Source of the DNA: Felis catus
Taxonomy: Eukaryota
Reading direction: 5' to 3'
Assembly: GCF_018350175.1 (NCBI RefSeq)
Contig: NC_058383.1
Location: 3,100,001 to 3,164,000 of the forward strand
Length of the DNA: 64,000 bases
Both the position numbers and the translations under genes were made by a program. Positions 39,902-53,299 of the stretch are shown in pieces. Under the pieces are notes generated by a model, which was given only the letters and a program-made list of their open reading frames with translations, made no database searches and had not been told where the DNA came from. How positions within the stretch are numbered: the stretch's first letter is position 1; each line of letters opens with the position of its first letter.

Positions 39902-41179
39902 CATGTCACATCGTCTGGTGAAGATTTTGATGCTCAAAATAAACATCAAAATTTTCAAAAATATTTGAGATTTCCCGACAACTCTGGGAGATGATGGACA
40001 GCGTAGATATGATTTTACTCACTTCACAGATGAGACAACTCAGTCACCAGAAAATAAGGATCTTACCTCAAGTCGTACTAAACAGCAGAGCTAAAACGCA
40101 AATCTTGTCTTCTCATTCTAATACTTATTCAACAATGCCACAGCTGCTTCTCATTGATGAAAGTGGCAGTTTTTGTGATTCATAAATTAGCATTTCCAGA
40201 GGGGGAAAAAGCTCCCTCCTAATGAAGCTGTCATAAATCATGCACTGTTGTCCTGAGATCTGGAACAGAGCTACCGGCAGTGTTCCCACCGACGCGCATG
40301 TATACACTGGGCTGTCTAGGGTCAGCCCTCACTTGTCTGTTGCGGTAAAGGTTCCGACCCCTGCACGCCAGGATGTCCGCCTTCAGCATCGCCAACCCCC
40401 CCTTCCTGTGCTCTCTCTTACTTGGTTGAGAATCCTTTTCCCACATCAGCTCCACAGTGCCTCCCATTACACTCAGCCTCCCCTCCTCTCTCAAAACAGA
40501 GGAGGATCTGAAATAAGGCATCTGGATTTATAAATTAAATAGCAAATTTTACTGAGGGTGATTTTCAGGCAAGGTCTTACCTGGCAAGGCATTGACAGTG
40601 AGCGAATTGATTGAATGAATGTGTATTACAGATGTCTTACGAGTTATGTTTATTGTATTTGCCTGGCTCCTCCAGTAGAAGTAAGCTGTGTCAATGTAAG
40701 GCTTTTTATTATTTTGTTCTAGTGCTTTCCCGATACCTACAGTAGGACCCAGCATATACTCTACACTTGTCATATTTGTTTACTAAATGAATGATCGTAT
40801 ATGCCTTTTATCTTTAAGAGATACATGCCTTTGAACCAGTTAAAAAACAATTTCAGACTAGAACGAGTAGATACATTTTTGTGAGGAGTAGGTAGATTTT
40901 GGCATGCCTTAAGAAAGCATTCCTCACAGATTATTCTTATCATTTTTTGTGTAATCTTTTATTAAGATTTAGTTAGCTTCATGAGGGCAAGAATCTCATG
41001 TGTGCCTGGCACATGATAGGCATCCAGAAAGCATTTATTGACCTCAAGTTCTACCACAGTGGAGCCGCCCCATTGCCCCCAGATCCTCACCTTACAACTA
41101 GAATTCCAGGGACACAACACAGCACATAAACAGAGAACATCTGTGAAAGGCAGAAGGAAGAGGCTTACCTGGGGACTTG

Positions 41180-44100
41180 GGTACTTAAGGATCAAGGTGT
41201 TTGCGGGTTCCCCCAGTTTTCTTGCTGCCCACGTATCCTAGACAAGGAGCCGCAGACACTGTGATCTGAACCACCAACGCACACACAAGAGTTCCAAGAA
41301 AAGCCTATTCGTTCTAGCCAAAGTCTAGGAAGAGGCTAACCTACCAACAAAATCTCTTTTGGTAACCTCTGTGCCACTCTAGCCAAAGGAATGGAAAAGG
41401 TATCCCTCCCCTCTCCATCACTTCACCCTGTGAAAGTTGATGTTCTGCCCATTCCCCATTCCATCAAAACAGGTGGGTTCCCTGCTCGACGCATTGGGTG
41501 GTGTTGGCGGGACTGGGCATGGAACCAGTCCTCCACTTTCTGCCCGGCAGAAACAGGTGGTGCTCTGATTCCCCACCAGGCTTCTGTCAGTGGGCTCTAC
41601 ACCAGAGCTGAGCCTCCCTCCAGGTCAGTAGCAGACAGACCTAAGGAGCTGGTGAGAGGTGGGCTCATTACCATTTGCCCTCACACCTTACACTGGGTTC
41701 AGCTGCACCCAGTGGGACAGGAGTTTCGGGTCCATTGTGCTGCAAGAAAGCAACCAGCCTTTTTTTCCTACTTCCTGGTGGCTTTGGGGCCCATAGTGGA
41801 GCTGATCTTTATACTCACTCAGAGGCAATGACGTAGTCGGAGTCAGTGCCTCGCTTTTGCCCAGGCAGTGTTGGAGGAGCTGGTACAATGCTGAACATGC
41901 ACACTCACCTGGCCTTTATGCTACACATAAACCATGGGTATGCTTGCTAAAAAGAGAAGATTACATAGGATGGAGTCCTCACATGCTATCCAGAATGTCT
42001 AGGATATAACTGAAGATGACTTCTCATACTAAGAACCAGGAAAATAACAAGTTTCATGGGAAAAGTCAGTAAAAAGACACTAGTACAGAGAGAAATCAGA
42101 TGTTGGCATTATCTAGAAAAGATTTAAAAGGAGCTAATCATAAACGTACTTCAACAAGTAATTATTCTCTCCATAGAAATGAGAAAAATAGAAAAAGCTC
42201 AGTAAAGAAGTGTAACAAAAAGAAGACCAAATGGAAATCAAAGAACTGAAAAATACAATAACCAACATAAAAACTCCATAGAAATGAGAAAAATAGAAAA
42301 GCTCAGCAAAGAAGTGTAACAAAAAAAGGACCAAATGGAAATTAAAGAACAGAGAAATAACCAAAATAACAATAACCAAAATAAAAACTCACTGGATGGG
42401 CTCCATTGCAGAAGAGAGGTGATAGAGGATTGAATCAGTGAACTAGAGGACGGATCAAGAATCTGCCCAGTCTGAGCCGCAGAGAAAAAATAGCCTGAAA
42501 AAAGAAACCAAAAGACCCATAAAGATCTGTGGGACAATAACAGGAGCTAATATTCATATCATCAAGACCCATAGAAGAGGAGAAGGAGGGTTGTGCTGAA
42601 AGTATTTGAAGACATAACGTCTGCAAACATCCCAAATTGGGCAAAAAACATAAACCTACAAATTTAAGAAGTTGAACACCACAAATCAGATGAATGCAAA
42701 AAAACTCACACCAAGACATATTATAATTAAACTTCTGAACGCTAAAGTAAAGGGAAAAGTCTTGAAGTGAGAGCAAAATGACACATTACTCATAGGGAAA
42801 TGTGAATTATAATGACAGTAGTCATCTGAAGCCATGGGGCTAGAAGGAAGTAGCATAACATTTTTCAAAACTAAAAGGAAGTAACTGTCAACAGCATATT
42901 TTATATCTGATGAAAGCATTTTTCAGGAATGAAAGGGAAATCAAGGCATACTCAGGTGATTGAAAATTAAGAGAATTTTGTTGTTAGCAAACTTATCGTT
43001 AAGGAATAGCTGAAGGAAATTTTCTAAACAGAAAAAATATGATAACAGAAGAAAACTTGGAACTTCAGAAAGGGAAGAATATTGGAATACATAGAAATAT
43101 GGGTAAATATAATTGATTATCCTACTTTTCTTGAATTTCTGTAATCATATATTCAAAAATTATAACATCATCTAATATGGCGCTTAGTATATCTTAAGTA
43201 AACATTAAAACGATTACATTGAAAAAGTGGAGAAAGTAAAGAGACCTTAGCGGAAGTCAGGTCTTTAAACTTCATTTGCAGCGGTAAGTTATATATGTAT
43301 ATTATGATATGTTCATCAACCACTAAGAAAACAATATAAAGCTATTGAAAAGCACTAGAAATAAATCACTGTGTATTCCAAAAAATGTTTACATAACACA
43401 TAGGTAGATAAGAAAAAGAAACAGAGTAACAAGAATTGGATGAACTAAATAGGAAACAAGTAATAAGATGGCTCATTTAAGCCCTATAATATCAGAAATT
43501 ATATTAAATGTAACTGATATAAATATGCCAATTAAAATCAGCAGTGATGCAGCACAACTGAAAACACAATCAACACATATAGGACTAACGTATATAGAAC
43601 TCTTCACCTAACAAAAACAGAGTAAACAGTCTTCTCAAGCACACATGGAACATTCGCAAAGATAGGCATTATCTGGAGCCATAAAACAAGGATCAAATAA
43701 TTAATTGAAATCACACAGAAATACTCTTTGAGCTTAGTGGAATCAAAGTAGAAATCAGTAACAGGAAAACAACAGGAAAATCCCCAAACATGGGGAAATT
43801 AAACAGCACACTTCTAAATTATCTTTGGGTCAAAAAGAAAACAAAGGAACTTCTAAAAAATGCAGAGAAGTAAATGATAATAACATACAAAATGTCAACA
43901 TTTTTGTGAGGCAGCTAAAGCAGGGCTGAGAGGAAAATGTATAGCCTAAAATGCTTACGTTAGAAAAAAGGAAGAGTCTCAATCAGTAAAGTATAAACTC
44001 CCACTTCAAGAAACTAGGGAAAGAAGAGAAAAATACACCCAAAGGAAGCAGAAGAGGATAATAAAGGCAACAGCAGAAACCAGTGAAATTAAAAACAAAA

Positions 44101-45830
44101 ATGGGGAAAAAATAATATTAAAAAAGTTGGTTCTTTGAAAAGATCAGTACAGTGGACAAACCTGTATAGCAGGATGAACAGTCAAGAAAGAACCAAATCA
44201 CCAATATTAGAAATGAAAGGAATCACTACAGGCCCTGCAAAAAATAAAAGGAATAATATGAACAAGTCTACACATAAACATTTGGTCACCTAGGTGACCT
44301 GAACTGAAGCTCAGAAAGGAAGAACCACCAAAACTCGACCAAGATGAAGTAGATAGCCTGAATAGTCTCATAACCAATAAGGAAATCGAATTTGCAAAGA
44401 AAAATTGCCCGAGGAAGGAATTTCCATGCAATTTCCAATGTCACTGCATTTGAAGTGAGTTTCTGGAGAATTTTACCAAATTTTTAAAGAATACCAATTT
44501 CACACAATCTCTTCCAAAGAAATGGAGGGCAGAAAACACTTTACAATTTATGAAGAGTAGTATTACCTTTATACCCAAATGAGATAAAGGCAGTTAAAAA
44601 AAAAAAAGTAAAATCTATAGACCAATATCTCACACTCTTAGTCATAAAAGTCTTCAGGAAAATAGCAAATCAGTTTCAGCAATGTATAAAACAAATTACA
44701 TGTCATGACTAAGTAGGATTTGCTTCAGTTAACTATCAAAGGCTGATTCAACATTGAACATCGATTCATGTAATCCACTATATCAACACTCTAAAGAAGA
44801 AAAAAACATCATATTAATTTATGCAGAAAAAAACTTGTGAGATAATTCACCATTTATTCCTGCTAAGAACTCCCAGGAAACTAGGAATCAAGGGGATCTT
44901 CCTCAAATTGATCAAAAGCAAAAACCCAAAACCCAGTACCGTCACTCACACACCTTGCCAGCAGAAAGGTAAAGTGGTGCAGCAACCGTGGGAACAGTTT
45001 GGCAGTTTTTTAAATAAAACTAAGCGTGCGATTACATACAACCCATCGAATGAACTCTTGGACTGTTTGGTAAGGTTTAACGATTAGATTGTCGGCCAGA
45101 TGCAGCTCACTGACCCCGGTGTAGGCGGAAGGGCAGAGCCGGTTGTTCGCGGAACACCAAGGGGCCAGGCCAGGCCCCAGTCATGCCCCGCACGGAGCTG
45201 CGGGCTGAAGCCGTGGGGGGGCACATACTGCGGCGAGCAGGGTGGGGCTACTGTCCAGGTTTCCTGGGCTCCTTGGGGACTGGCTAGTGAGAGTTCTTCC
45301 AGCAGGCTGCAGGGTCTGGAGGCTGTCCTCGGCTGCTGGCGCCTGGCCCCAGAGCAGTGAGGGCCAGTGCAGTGCGGTCCTGTGGCAGGAGAGCCCTGTG
45401 AGGGTCGAGGCCGGGTGTGGACTTGCCCGAAGCTCCAGGGCAGCTGACTGGCCTCCAGGCAGGGCCTCAAAACTGGATCAAGGCAGCATTTAAAACAAAC
45501 GGTTTCCTATGGGCATTTTTTTCCCATAGAAATGGAAAGTCATGTTCACATAAAAATCAGTACATGAATATTCATAGCATTTTCTGTTCCTAATCACTAA
45601 AGTCTGAAAAAAAAAAACCCGCAAAAAAACAGAGTCCCTGGACTGGGTGATGTTAATTAAGCTGTGGGATACAGCTTAGTGACAGAAAGGAATTAACAAC
45701 TCGGGTGCGTCTTCAAGGAATTAAGGTGGTGAAAAGATTCAATCCCAGAGGCCACATGCTGTGTGATTCTGTCTGTGACACTGTGGCAGTGATGAACTTA
45801 AAGGCATGCGGGCAGATTAGAGGTTGCGGG
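41180..45830 (+). mobile_element. Old, long L1 (L1MC/MD-like): putative 5'UTR, ORF1, inter-ORF spacer, ORF2 EN/RT start, internal deletion near 44935, then 3' end
   Basis: A-rich ORF1 and ORF2 relics (ctgtgggacaataac; aagcacacatggaacattc; tggttctttgaaaagatca; ctatagaccaatatctc); frames disrupted. Confidence 0.85.
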
Positions 45831-47139
45831 GCAGTGCCAGTGACTCTGAGGGCCAGCACAGGGGGTCCTGGGGGCTGTGGGGATGGATGCCCTGCATCTC
45901 CACTGTGCCCATGCCTGTGTCACCCTGTTTTTGACCACTGCCGTGGAGTCAGCCTTTCTCTGGAAAAGGCTGAGTTTGCTAAAGCGTTCCTCCAGCAGAT
46001 AGAGGAAGGGATGCTCACGGGATGGGGCCCCGAGGTGTGCCCTGAACTCAAGATGTGTGCAGTCACTTGTGAGGAGGCTTCGGAAGGTACGGGAAGGAGC
46101 TTTGCCTCTTCTAGATGACAGAGACAGAAAGGGGATAGGGTCTTGCTTTTTCTGGCCTCTCAGGATGCATGGGGAGAAAAGGAAAAAGTAGTAATTTTCC
46201 CAAGTGAAGTTTCCAGTTTCAGATTTCTTTGAAAACACCATGGGGACCACCCTCTTCTTTTTGTGAGCTGGGTGCCGCACCTTGACGATCAGAGTAGAGA
46301 GCCCGTAATAGCTCAGATTAAGGGAATGAGAGCGGAGCCGTGACGCCTTCAAAGATTGTTAGAAAGGCTTTACTCCAAAGGTTAGAGTACTTCCAAGAGG
46401 AAACTGCCCTGGGAGCCATTTTTAACTGGATCCAGGGCAGCCCATGTGTCAAGAACTTCGGGACAACCGGTGCTCGCTGTGGTCACAATGCCGCTGCTTC
46501 CTGCCTCCTTTCTGCGTGCTGTGTAAAGCCGAGTTAATGGTATTACCGCTATTTATAGCACCCGAGGCGTTCTGTGGAGTGTGCCGAGCCTTTCCGGAGT
46601 CCCGGAGAGCAGTGCGGTGCACAGGAGGTGGTCAGGACAGCCTGGCGGTTTGTGGCTCCGGCCCGAGTTCTGCGAGTTCAGCGCAGCGGCTCTGCTGCTT
46701 CCTGGCGGTGTGACCTCGGGCACGCCAAACTGAGCTGGGATCACTGTGCGCGTATCGAAGGGTGTTGTGAAGTAGGAAGTGCAGGACGTGAAGCGCTTCC
46801 CGCCGCCCCGCAAATGCCCCACGAGTGTTCCTGTTCCAATGAGAAGCAGGAGCATTAGCTGTGCTGCAGGGGAATCGGGAGGCACATGTCATCTCCGCTG
46901 CCAACTCGCCCGGGGACCTCTAGAAAGTCACGTACGCTCCAGGCCTTAGTTTCCTCCTCTAGAATCGTAGTATGTTGGAGTACACGGCATGCAGGGTACC
47001 TTCCACTTGTCACGCGTGTGGATTCTGAGGTGCACTTTCTGGACACAAAATGATAGAATCATACAGTGGGTCGGAGTGTGGGCGGCGGAGTCTTCTGGAC
47101 CTAGATGTGAGCTCTGCCTCTCTTCCATGGTGGGTACCA

Positions 47140-47358
47140 GGCCAGGCGGCCAATTGGCTTCCCAGCCAGACCCTGGTTTTGTTCTTCCGACCCTGTGTAC
47201 CTGCCCTCCCCTGTGCTGAGTCCCCGTCGCCCTGAGACTGGTCGCCAGCGACGGATTTCCAGCTTCCCCGGGTGGTTGTGACGGAGACCCTGTGGCCGCA
47301 AACGTGAAACTTGTTACTGTCCAGCTCTTTACGGAAAACGTGGGCCGAACCCCCCTCT
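47140..47358. mobile_element. MER58-like hAT relic
   Basis: gagaccctgtggccgcaaac...ttactgtccagctctttacggaaaacgtgggccgaaccccc. Confidence 0.55.
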
Positions 47359-47880
47359 AGGAAGATGATGCCAATCCGGCCCCTTGGTCCCCTATCCCGC
47401 CTTCGTCTGTAGAAAGATAGAAGGGACAAGTGTGCTGGCCCGGCTCCCCACCTCTGGGGATTTTGTTACATGAGAAGATGAACTGTTTTTGTTTGACAAT
47501 CTCTCAAACGTGTCGCTGTTCTTGCTTGTGAGCAGTGCAGTCCTGCTCTTTTCCTGTTAGTCAAACATCGGACAAACTACTTAACTTCTCCGGGCAGGCC
47601 TCAGCTTTCTTACCTGGTTCTCACATTTAATTATAACAAGGATTAGATTAGTGATCAATGAGAAGCTTTTGCTCACTTGTTTTCATAGATTAAGCAAACG
47701 ATTGGAAGTTGCTATTTTTATTTTTGATGAGTCCATACATAATTTTAAAGCACTTTGAGTCTATGTAGACACAAGCACATATTTGCCAAATTAAATACCT
47801 TTTGCAAGAATCATGTTTTATTTAGAAATGTTTTGACAGCCAGAACATGTTTCTATTGCAAACAAAAATATTTTCCAGTG

Positions 47881-48023
47881 TAAAAATACTTGTTTTGATC
47901 ATCTATGTGGAAATGGAGGTTTTATGTTTGAGCCGTTAAGCTACAAAATATATTTGCTAAATGCCCTTGCAAATATATTTGTCCATTTCTTAGAATGTTG
48001 CCTCGGAGAAGCACCTAGCAGCA
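47881..48023 (+). repeat. Copy 1 of a ~143-bp local direct duplication
   Basis: Manual alignment to 50224-50365 gives about 23 differences in 143 positions (~84% identity). Confidence 0.92.
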
Positions 48024-48289
48024 CTTTGGAGGGGTTTACGGTTTATAACCCAGAGCAGGTCTACCCTTTGGAACAGATTAGGAATGGCAGCTGAGACAGA
48101 GAGCTTGGTGGCTCTCAGGGCAGCGATGCACATTGTCCCTTGTGGCTCTGACGTCGTGGCCAGTCTCGCCTGGGCCAGCCCCGCCTGGGTGGATGGTCAC
48201 CAGGAATCCAGGGTGAAATGACACATTACACTTAGGCCTCAAGCACCAGACAATAGTGACTTTTTTTTTTCTTCCCTGTAATGATTATT

Positions 48290-48800
48290 TTTCCTTTGAG
48301 GGCTGTGGGTAAATATCATTTTTTTTTTGTTTGTCCAAATTGTAATAATTCACTTGAGGCTAATTGTTAATGTTCAATTATAGTGGCAAGGGTTTGTCCT
48401 TTTATAATTCTCCTCTAGCTTCTATTTTACATGTAGTAAGCGAAAAAGTAAGCCCACTGGATAGCCTATGTCTTTCGCTGGCATTTAGGAGAAAGAGAAA
48501 CCCAATAAATCATGCATTGAGCAGCCCCACCGATATTGAATTATGAGATCACAGTATAACTTTTACAGATAAATCACCAAGCCAGCATCACACAGTCAAT
48601 CTTGTTTGGAAAGTAGGAAAACATTTCTTCTTTTTAAGATTCCATATTAGTTTTAACCCCTATAACATTATACCAATATTTTTTCAACTTGATTATACTC
48701 TCCACTGCAAGGTCAAGATAAACTTTACATTAATAAAAGCCATATGACTTGTCTTTTGAGTTCCAAGAAAATTTAATTTAAAACTAGTACTTTGCATTTA
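48290..48800. promoter_or_regulatory. Candidate conserved non-coding element
   Basis: AT-rich unique island with CTAATTG, CAATTA, CCAATAAA, TAAATCA (twice) and GTAAATA motifs. Confidence 0.35.
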
Positions 48801-50223
48801 TATAACACCTTTCATAATGTGTGGTCTCAAAACACTTTGGAAATAAAATACACTAATACGTTAGCTTGGACTTAGAGGCATTTCACTGAGCTAATGTTTC
48901 CTTACAAGACTGTGACCCGCTAGAAATACTCAAATATAGTAGTGTGTTTGTCCTTGTCAGATGATTTTCCTCTTCAAGGAAGTTATTTGGAAGAAAATAT
49001 CCTCAACTTGTGAGGTTGAAAATTGAAAAAAAATTACTCGTCTCTCATTTTTTTATTATTTAGCAGGAAGCTCACCAATTTATTTCAGGCCATTACACCA
49101 ACGTTTTGTACCTAGAATTACCTTTCAACATGAATAAATTCAAATGTATGTGAAAACCAATTAGGGCTTTCTGAATTTCAGACTAGTGAGAGAAAAAAGT
49201 GGCTCGGATTTTTCTTAAGTTTTAGCATTATCACAAAGCAGAGTAAAAATGCCATATGACAAGAATGTCTAATGATGTGAAGACATCTGGCTAGTCCCTG
49301 AAGTGCAAGGTGAATCACAGGCTGAATTTTGGACTAGAGTGGGCGATTTCCCCGCTTCAGCTGTGGAAATCCACAAACAGCAGTTTCACGGAACTGCCAG
49401 ATGTTGGAAGTGGTTCGGAAAGTGGAACGTCCCCTTCTCTTTTCAGGGACCTGTGTAAGGAGGTGGCGGTATTCACAACAAAAAGTAGGAGACACATGTT
49501 CTCTGGTGGTATGATACTTTACAAAGAAATAAAAAGATTATTATCTGACATGATCCATGTGAACCAATCTTACTGATTTTCCTGTCATGACCTTGGTCGT
49601 TCAGCACCAACACGAAGGCGTATCCGTGCCTGTCAGGTCTGGTTTCACTTGTGCTTAGGATGCGTTAAAGTCAGAGAAGAAAGCAATAGGTGCTTGTATA
49701 TTAGTTCTTGCCTTAATTACAAAGCAAATCTTACACTAGTGGGATATTGTATGTCAATTATACTTCAATTAAAGGGAAAAGGAATGAAGGAAGTGGCTTT
49801 GGATATACTGATGTGAGATACTTCCAAGATATTTTAAGTGGAAAAAAAAGCAAAGGGTGAAAAATGTGCACAAATGCCTCCATTCGAATAAAAAAAGTAC
49901 AAATGAGAATGTACGTGTGCATATGCCCTTTGGAAAGATACGCAAGGCACTGACCGTGGGGTTGCCTGCGAGGGGGGTGTGGGGCTAGGGACACCAATGG
50001 CAAGAAGATGCTTTCCCGCTACCTTTGGGGGTGTCGTGACTTCCGTGCCGTGAGCACATGTTCACTATTGAAAAAATGAGCGACTAGCCTAATAAGCGTG
50101 CGGGTGGGGAGGAAGTGAATGCCACAGGTGGAGACTCGTCTTCCGGAACTGTGGTGCTGAAGGGAGGCATAAAGTCAGGAGGGATCGGGGGGCTCTCCCC
50201 AGCCCTTCCCGGCCAAGAGGGTT

Positions 50224-50365
50224 TAGAAATACTTGTTTTGACATCTGTGTGGAAATGAACGTTCTGTATTTGACCTGTTAAGTTGTAAAACATATTTGCC
50301 AAATGCTCTTGCAAACATGTTTGTCCATTGCTTAGAATATTGCCTCGGAGAAGCACCCAGTGGCA
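50224..50365 (+). repeat. Copy 2 of the ~143-bp local direct duplication
   Basis: Matches 47881-48023; an AT-rich module embedded in GC-rich flanks. Confidence 0.92.
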
Positions 50366-51326
50366 GTGACGTGTGTGCAGGCTGCCGCGCGGGGGGCAGA
50401 GAGGCCTGACTGGAAATGGGAAAGGAGGGGTGGAGCTGAAGCAAGGGAGGGTGGCCTTGAGGAGGAGAGAAGGATGACACGGAGGCCTTGGGGGCCTGTG
50501 AGGGCAGAGGAAAGGGGCCCTGCCGAGAGGTGAGGGTGGGGGGTGTACCGGATGCTGTCGTTCCCACCGCAAGTGATGGACTGCAGGCGTGGTGCAGACA
50601 GAAGGCAGAAGCTGGGGCTTGTGGGGGCGGGGGGCACTTGCACCCTCTGTGCCATTGCCTGAAGTGGAATATTTTCAACGACTTTAGGGTAATATGCTCG
50701 TGTGGTGATGCCTAGGAGTGAGGAAGAGACAGAAGCAGCAGCAGGGTGCAAGGCCTGTGAAGGGTGTCAAAAGGGTGCCCATTTCAGAGGCTCACTGCCC
50801 TCCGCCCTCTCCTGCTGGACCTGATCCCCAGGCTCATTCCCTGCACATAAGAACCCAGAGCTGCGGCCCTGGGGTCTGCGGTCTGGGGACACAGCAGTGA
50901 GCGAGGAAGACGTGGTCCCCGCTCTTGCCTCGCTGATGACAAAGCGGAAAAGACAGTCATTAAGTGGGTAGCCACAGAATAATGTTGCCGTTGCGTTTGT
51001 GATAAAGTGGGAAAGGCACAGGGAAGCCTAAGATGATGTAACATCTAATCCACAGCGTCGTCCAGGCTATGAAAAATTAGGTGGGAACGTTGTACTTAAT
51101 GATGTCAGTGAAGAAACAGAGGGCCCAGTGCTGAGACCGAGAGGCTGGGGGCGGAGCAGGGCTTATGAAGCACAGGAGAAGTCAGTAGCAGTTGCGTGAG
51201 AAATGCAATACGGAGTTGACAAAAGCAACGGTTATTTGGGGCTGAGACCATGACGATGCCAAGCCTCTGTATCAGCGCCGAACAAACCCAGAGCAGAGGC
51301 CACGGGTTGGTGTTGGGGGTAATTGG

Positions 51327-51771
51327 GTGTGCTGGTCAGGGTTCTCCAGAGAAACGACCAATAGGATATATAGAGATAGTTAGAGGGAGATTTATTACGA
51401 GGGATTGGCTCACACAATTTTGGAGGGTGAGAAGCACCATGATGTCCTATCTGCAAACAGGGACCCAGGAGAGCCGATGGTCACTGCAGTCCTAAAGGCC
51501 GGAGAGCCAGGGACGTGAACGTCCAGGGGCAGGAGAAGAGGGGTGTCCCAGTTCGAAGTGAAAGCCTGAGTTAACCTTGCCTCCACCTTTGTGTTCTGTT
51601 GGGGCCCCAACGGATTGGATGATGCCCACCCTCACTGGGGAGGGCAGACCTTAGTCTACCGATTCAAATGCTGACATTTCCAGAAACACCCTCACAGACC
51701 TCCAGGAATGTTGGACCAGCCATCAGGGCATCTCTTATCTGGGTCAGGCTGACACATAAAATGAGTCATCA
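51327..51771 (-). mobile_element. ERVL solo LTR (MLT2-like)
   Basis: gtcagggttctccagagaaac...ccaataggata...gattggctcacac ... cagaaacaccctcacagac ... tgacacataaaat. Confidence 0.85.
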
Positions 51772-53299
51772 TGCATGAATTAACTAGATGGGGGTGTCCT
51801 TTCACGACGTTCATGTAGATTAAGTCACTATGGTATACCCTTTAAATATGTTAGAGTTTCTGTGTGTCAGTCATACCTCAACAAAGCTGAAGAGAAATTG
51901 AAAAGAATTAAATCTCCGTGTACCCACTTGTTCACGTATACATGTTCAGCAGGTATCCTATACCTGGCAGCAGCTGGGCAGGGGGGCTTTCTGGAGAAGT
52001 TGGTAGACAGGCTCCTTGTCTGTCAGACCCGCTAGGCCTTGCTGTCCCAGTTCCTACCCACCCCCCTTTCCTCCTGGTTTTCTTCCTTTCTTTCTATTAT
52101 TCATCCATTTATCAATATTTATTAACTTCCTGCAATGTGCCAGGCACCCAGAATATAGCTGTATGGATGTATATGACTCCTACTCTGATTTTACGTACAG
52201 TTGAGTGGGGGAGACAAACATTACATAAATAACTGTATAAATAATTTTTAATGTAATTATAATTACAATTCAGAGACCCCAAGCAATTTGACTTCTTGTT
52301 TTTTCTTAAAAAATTCTTTCTGATTCTAAAATCTTACAGGTAAGTTAGAAAATATAGGAATATAACAAGAAAACATAGTCTAAGATTGTCCACCCTCCTG
52401 AGATACCTGCATTAACATTTTGATATATTTTCTTCCCCTTCTTTGTCTCCATTTGTGTGTGCATGTACGTGTGCATGCGTGTGTGCCCACGTGTGTGTGC
52501 GTTTGGGGCCATGTTACATGTCCAGTTTTGCTATTTCCTTTAAATGATCATTAAATAGTGAGAATTTCTCCTATTGTTAAATATTCTTTAAAAGCATATG
52601 TTAGGTTTACCGAACAATTTTTGAGTCATGTACCATAAATTAACTATTTCTCTATTTGGACACATTTCAGTTATGTCCTGTGATTTTTGTGTTGGTTTTG
52701 GTTTGTTTTTACCTGATGTGATGATGAAAGTGTAAATCTTCGTCACATTTCTGATTATCAGTCTGACTTACAGAATTGGAGTCAGTGGCTGAAAGGATGT
52801 AGATATTTTGGACCCTGTTAGTTAGACCAAGCCAGTGGGTGGTCAGTCCTGACAAGGGGAACAGCCGCCAACTTCTGGCGGATTTTGCAGGATGCATGGA
52901 AGGAGGGCTGACAGGTAGTCAGACTGGAAACTACAGCTATAGACCTGGGAGTCTCTGATTATCGCTGGCACTTAGGTTCCTCTGCAATGGGTGTGTATCA
53001 GTTGATGGGAATAGTTGCAAAGGGAAAAAGGTGAATTTGGGAAAGTGAATGATTCAGTAGATGGCCTAGAATACTCTCAGGAAAATAATACTTAGATCTT
53101 GGTGTAGTTAGTGTCCTGGGAAACTTAAAGAAATCCAGATTTCTAGGCCATCTCTTGAGATTCTGATTCTGGAGCTTGGGCCCGGGAATCTACATTTTTA
53201 CAAATTGCCTTGATAATTCGTATTGCCAGGCAAGTTTGTGAAACAGTGCACTAGAACAATAGGATTCTTTGTAGCAACACGCAAGTCTTGTGTGAATCA

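Noticed and set aside
46430..47000. CpG-rich stretch as a CpG-island promoter
   Set aside because: It contains MIR-like remnants and no clear core promoter or GC-box cluster; similar CpG excess occurs inside TEs elsewhere in the window.
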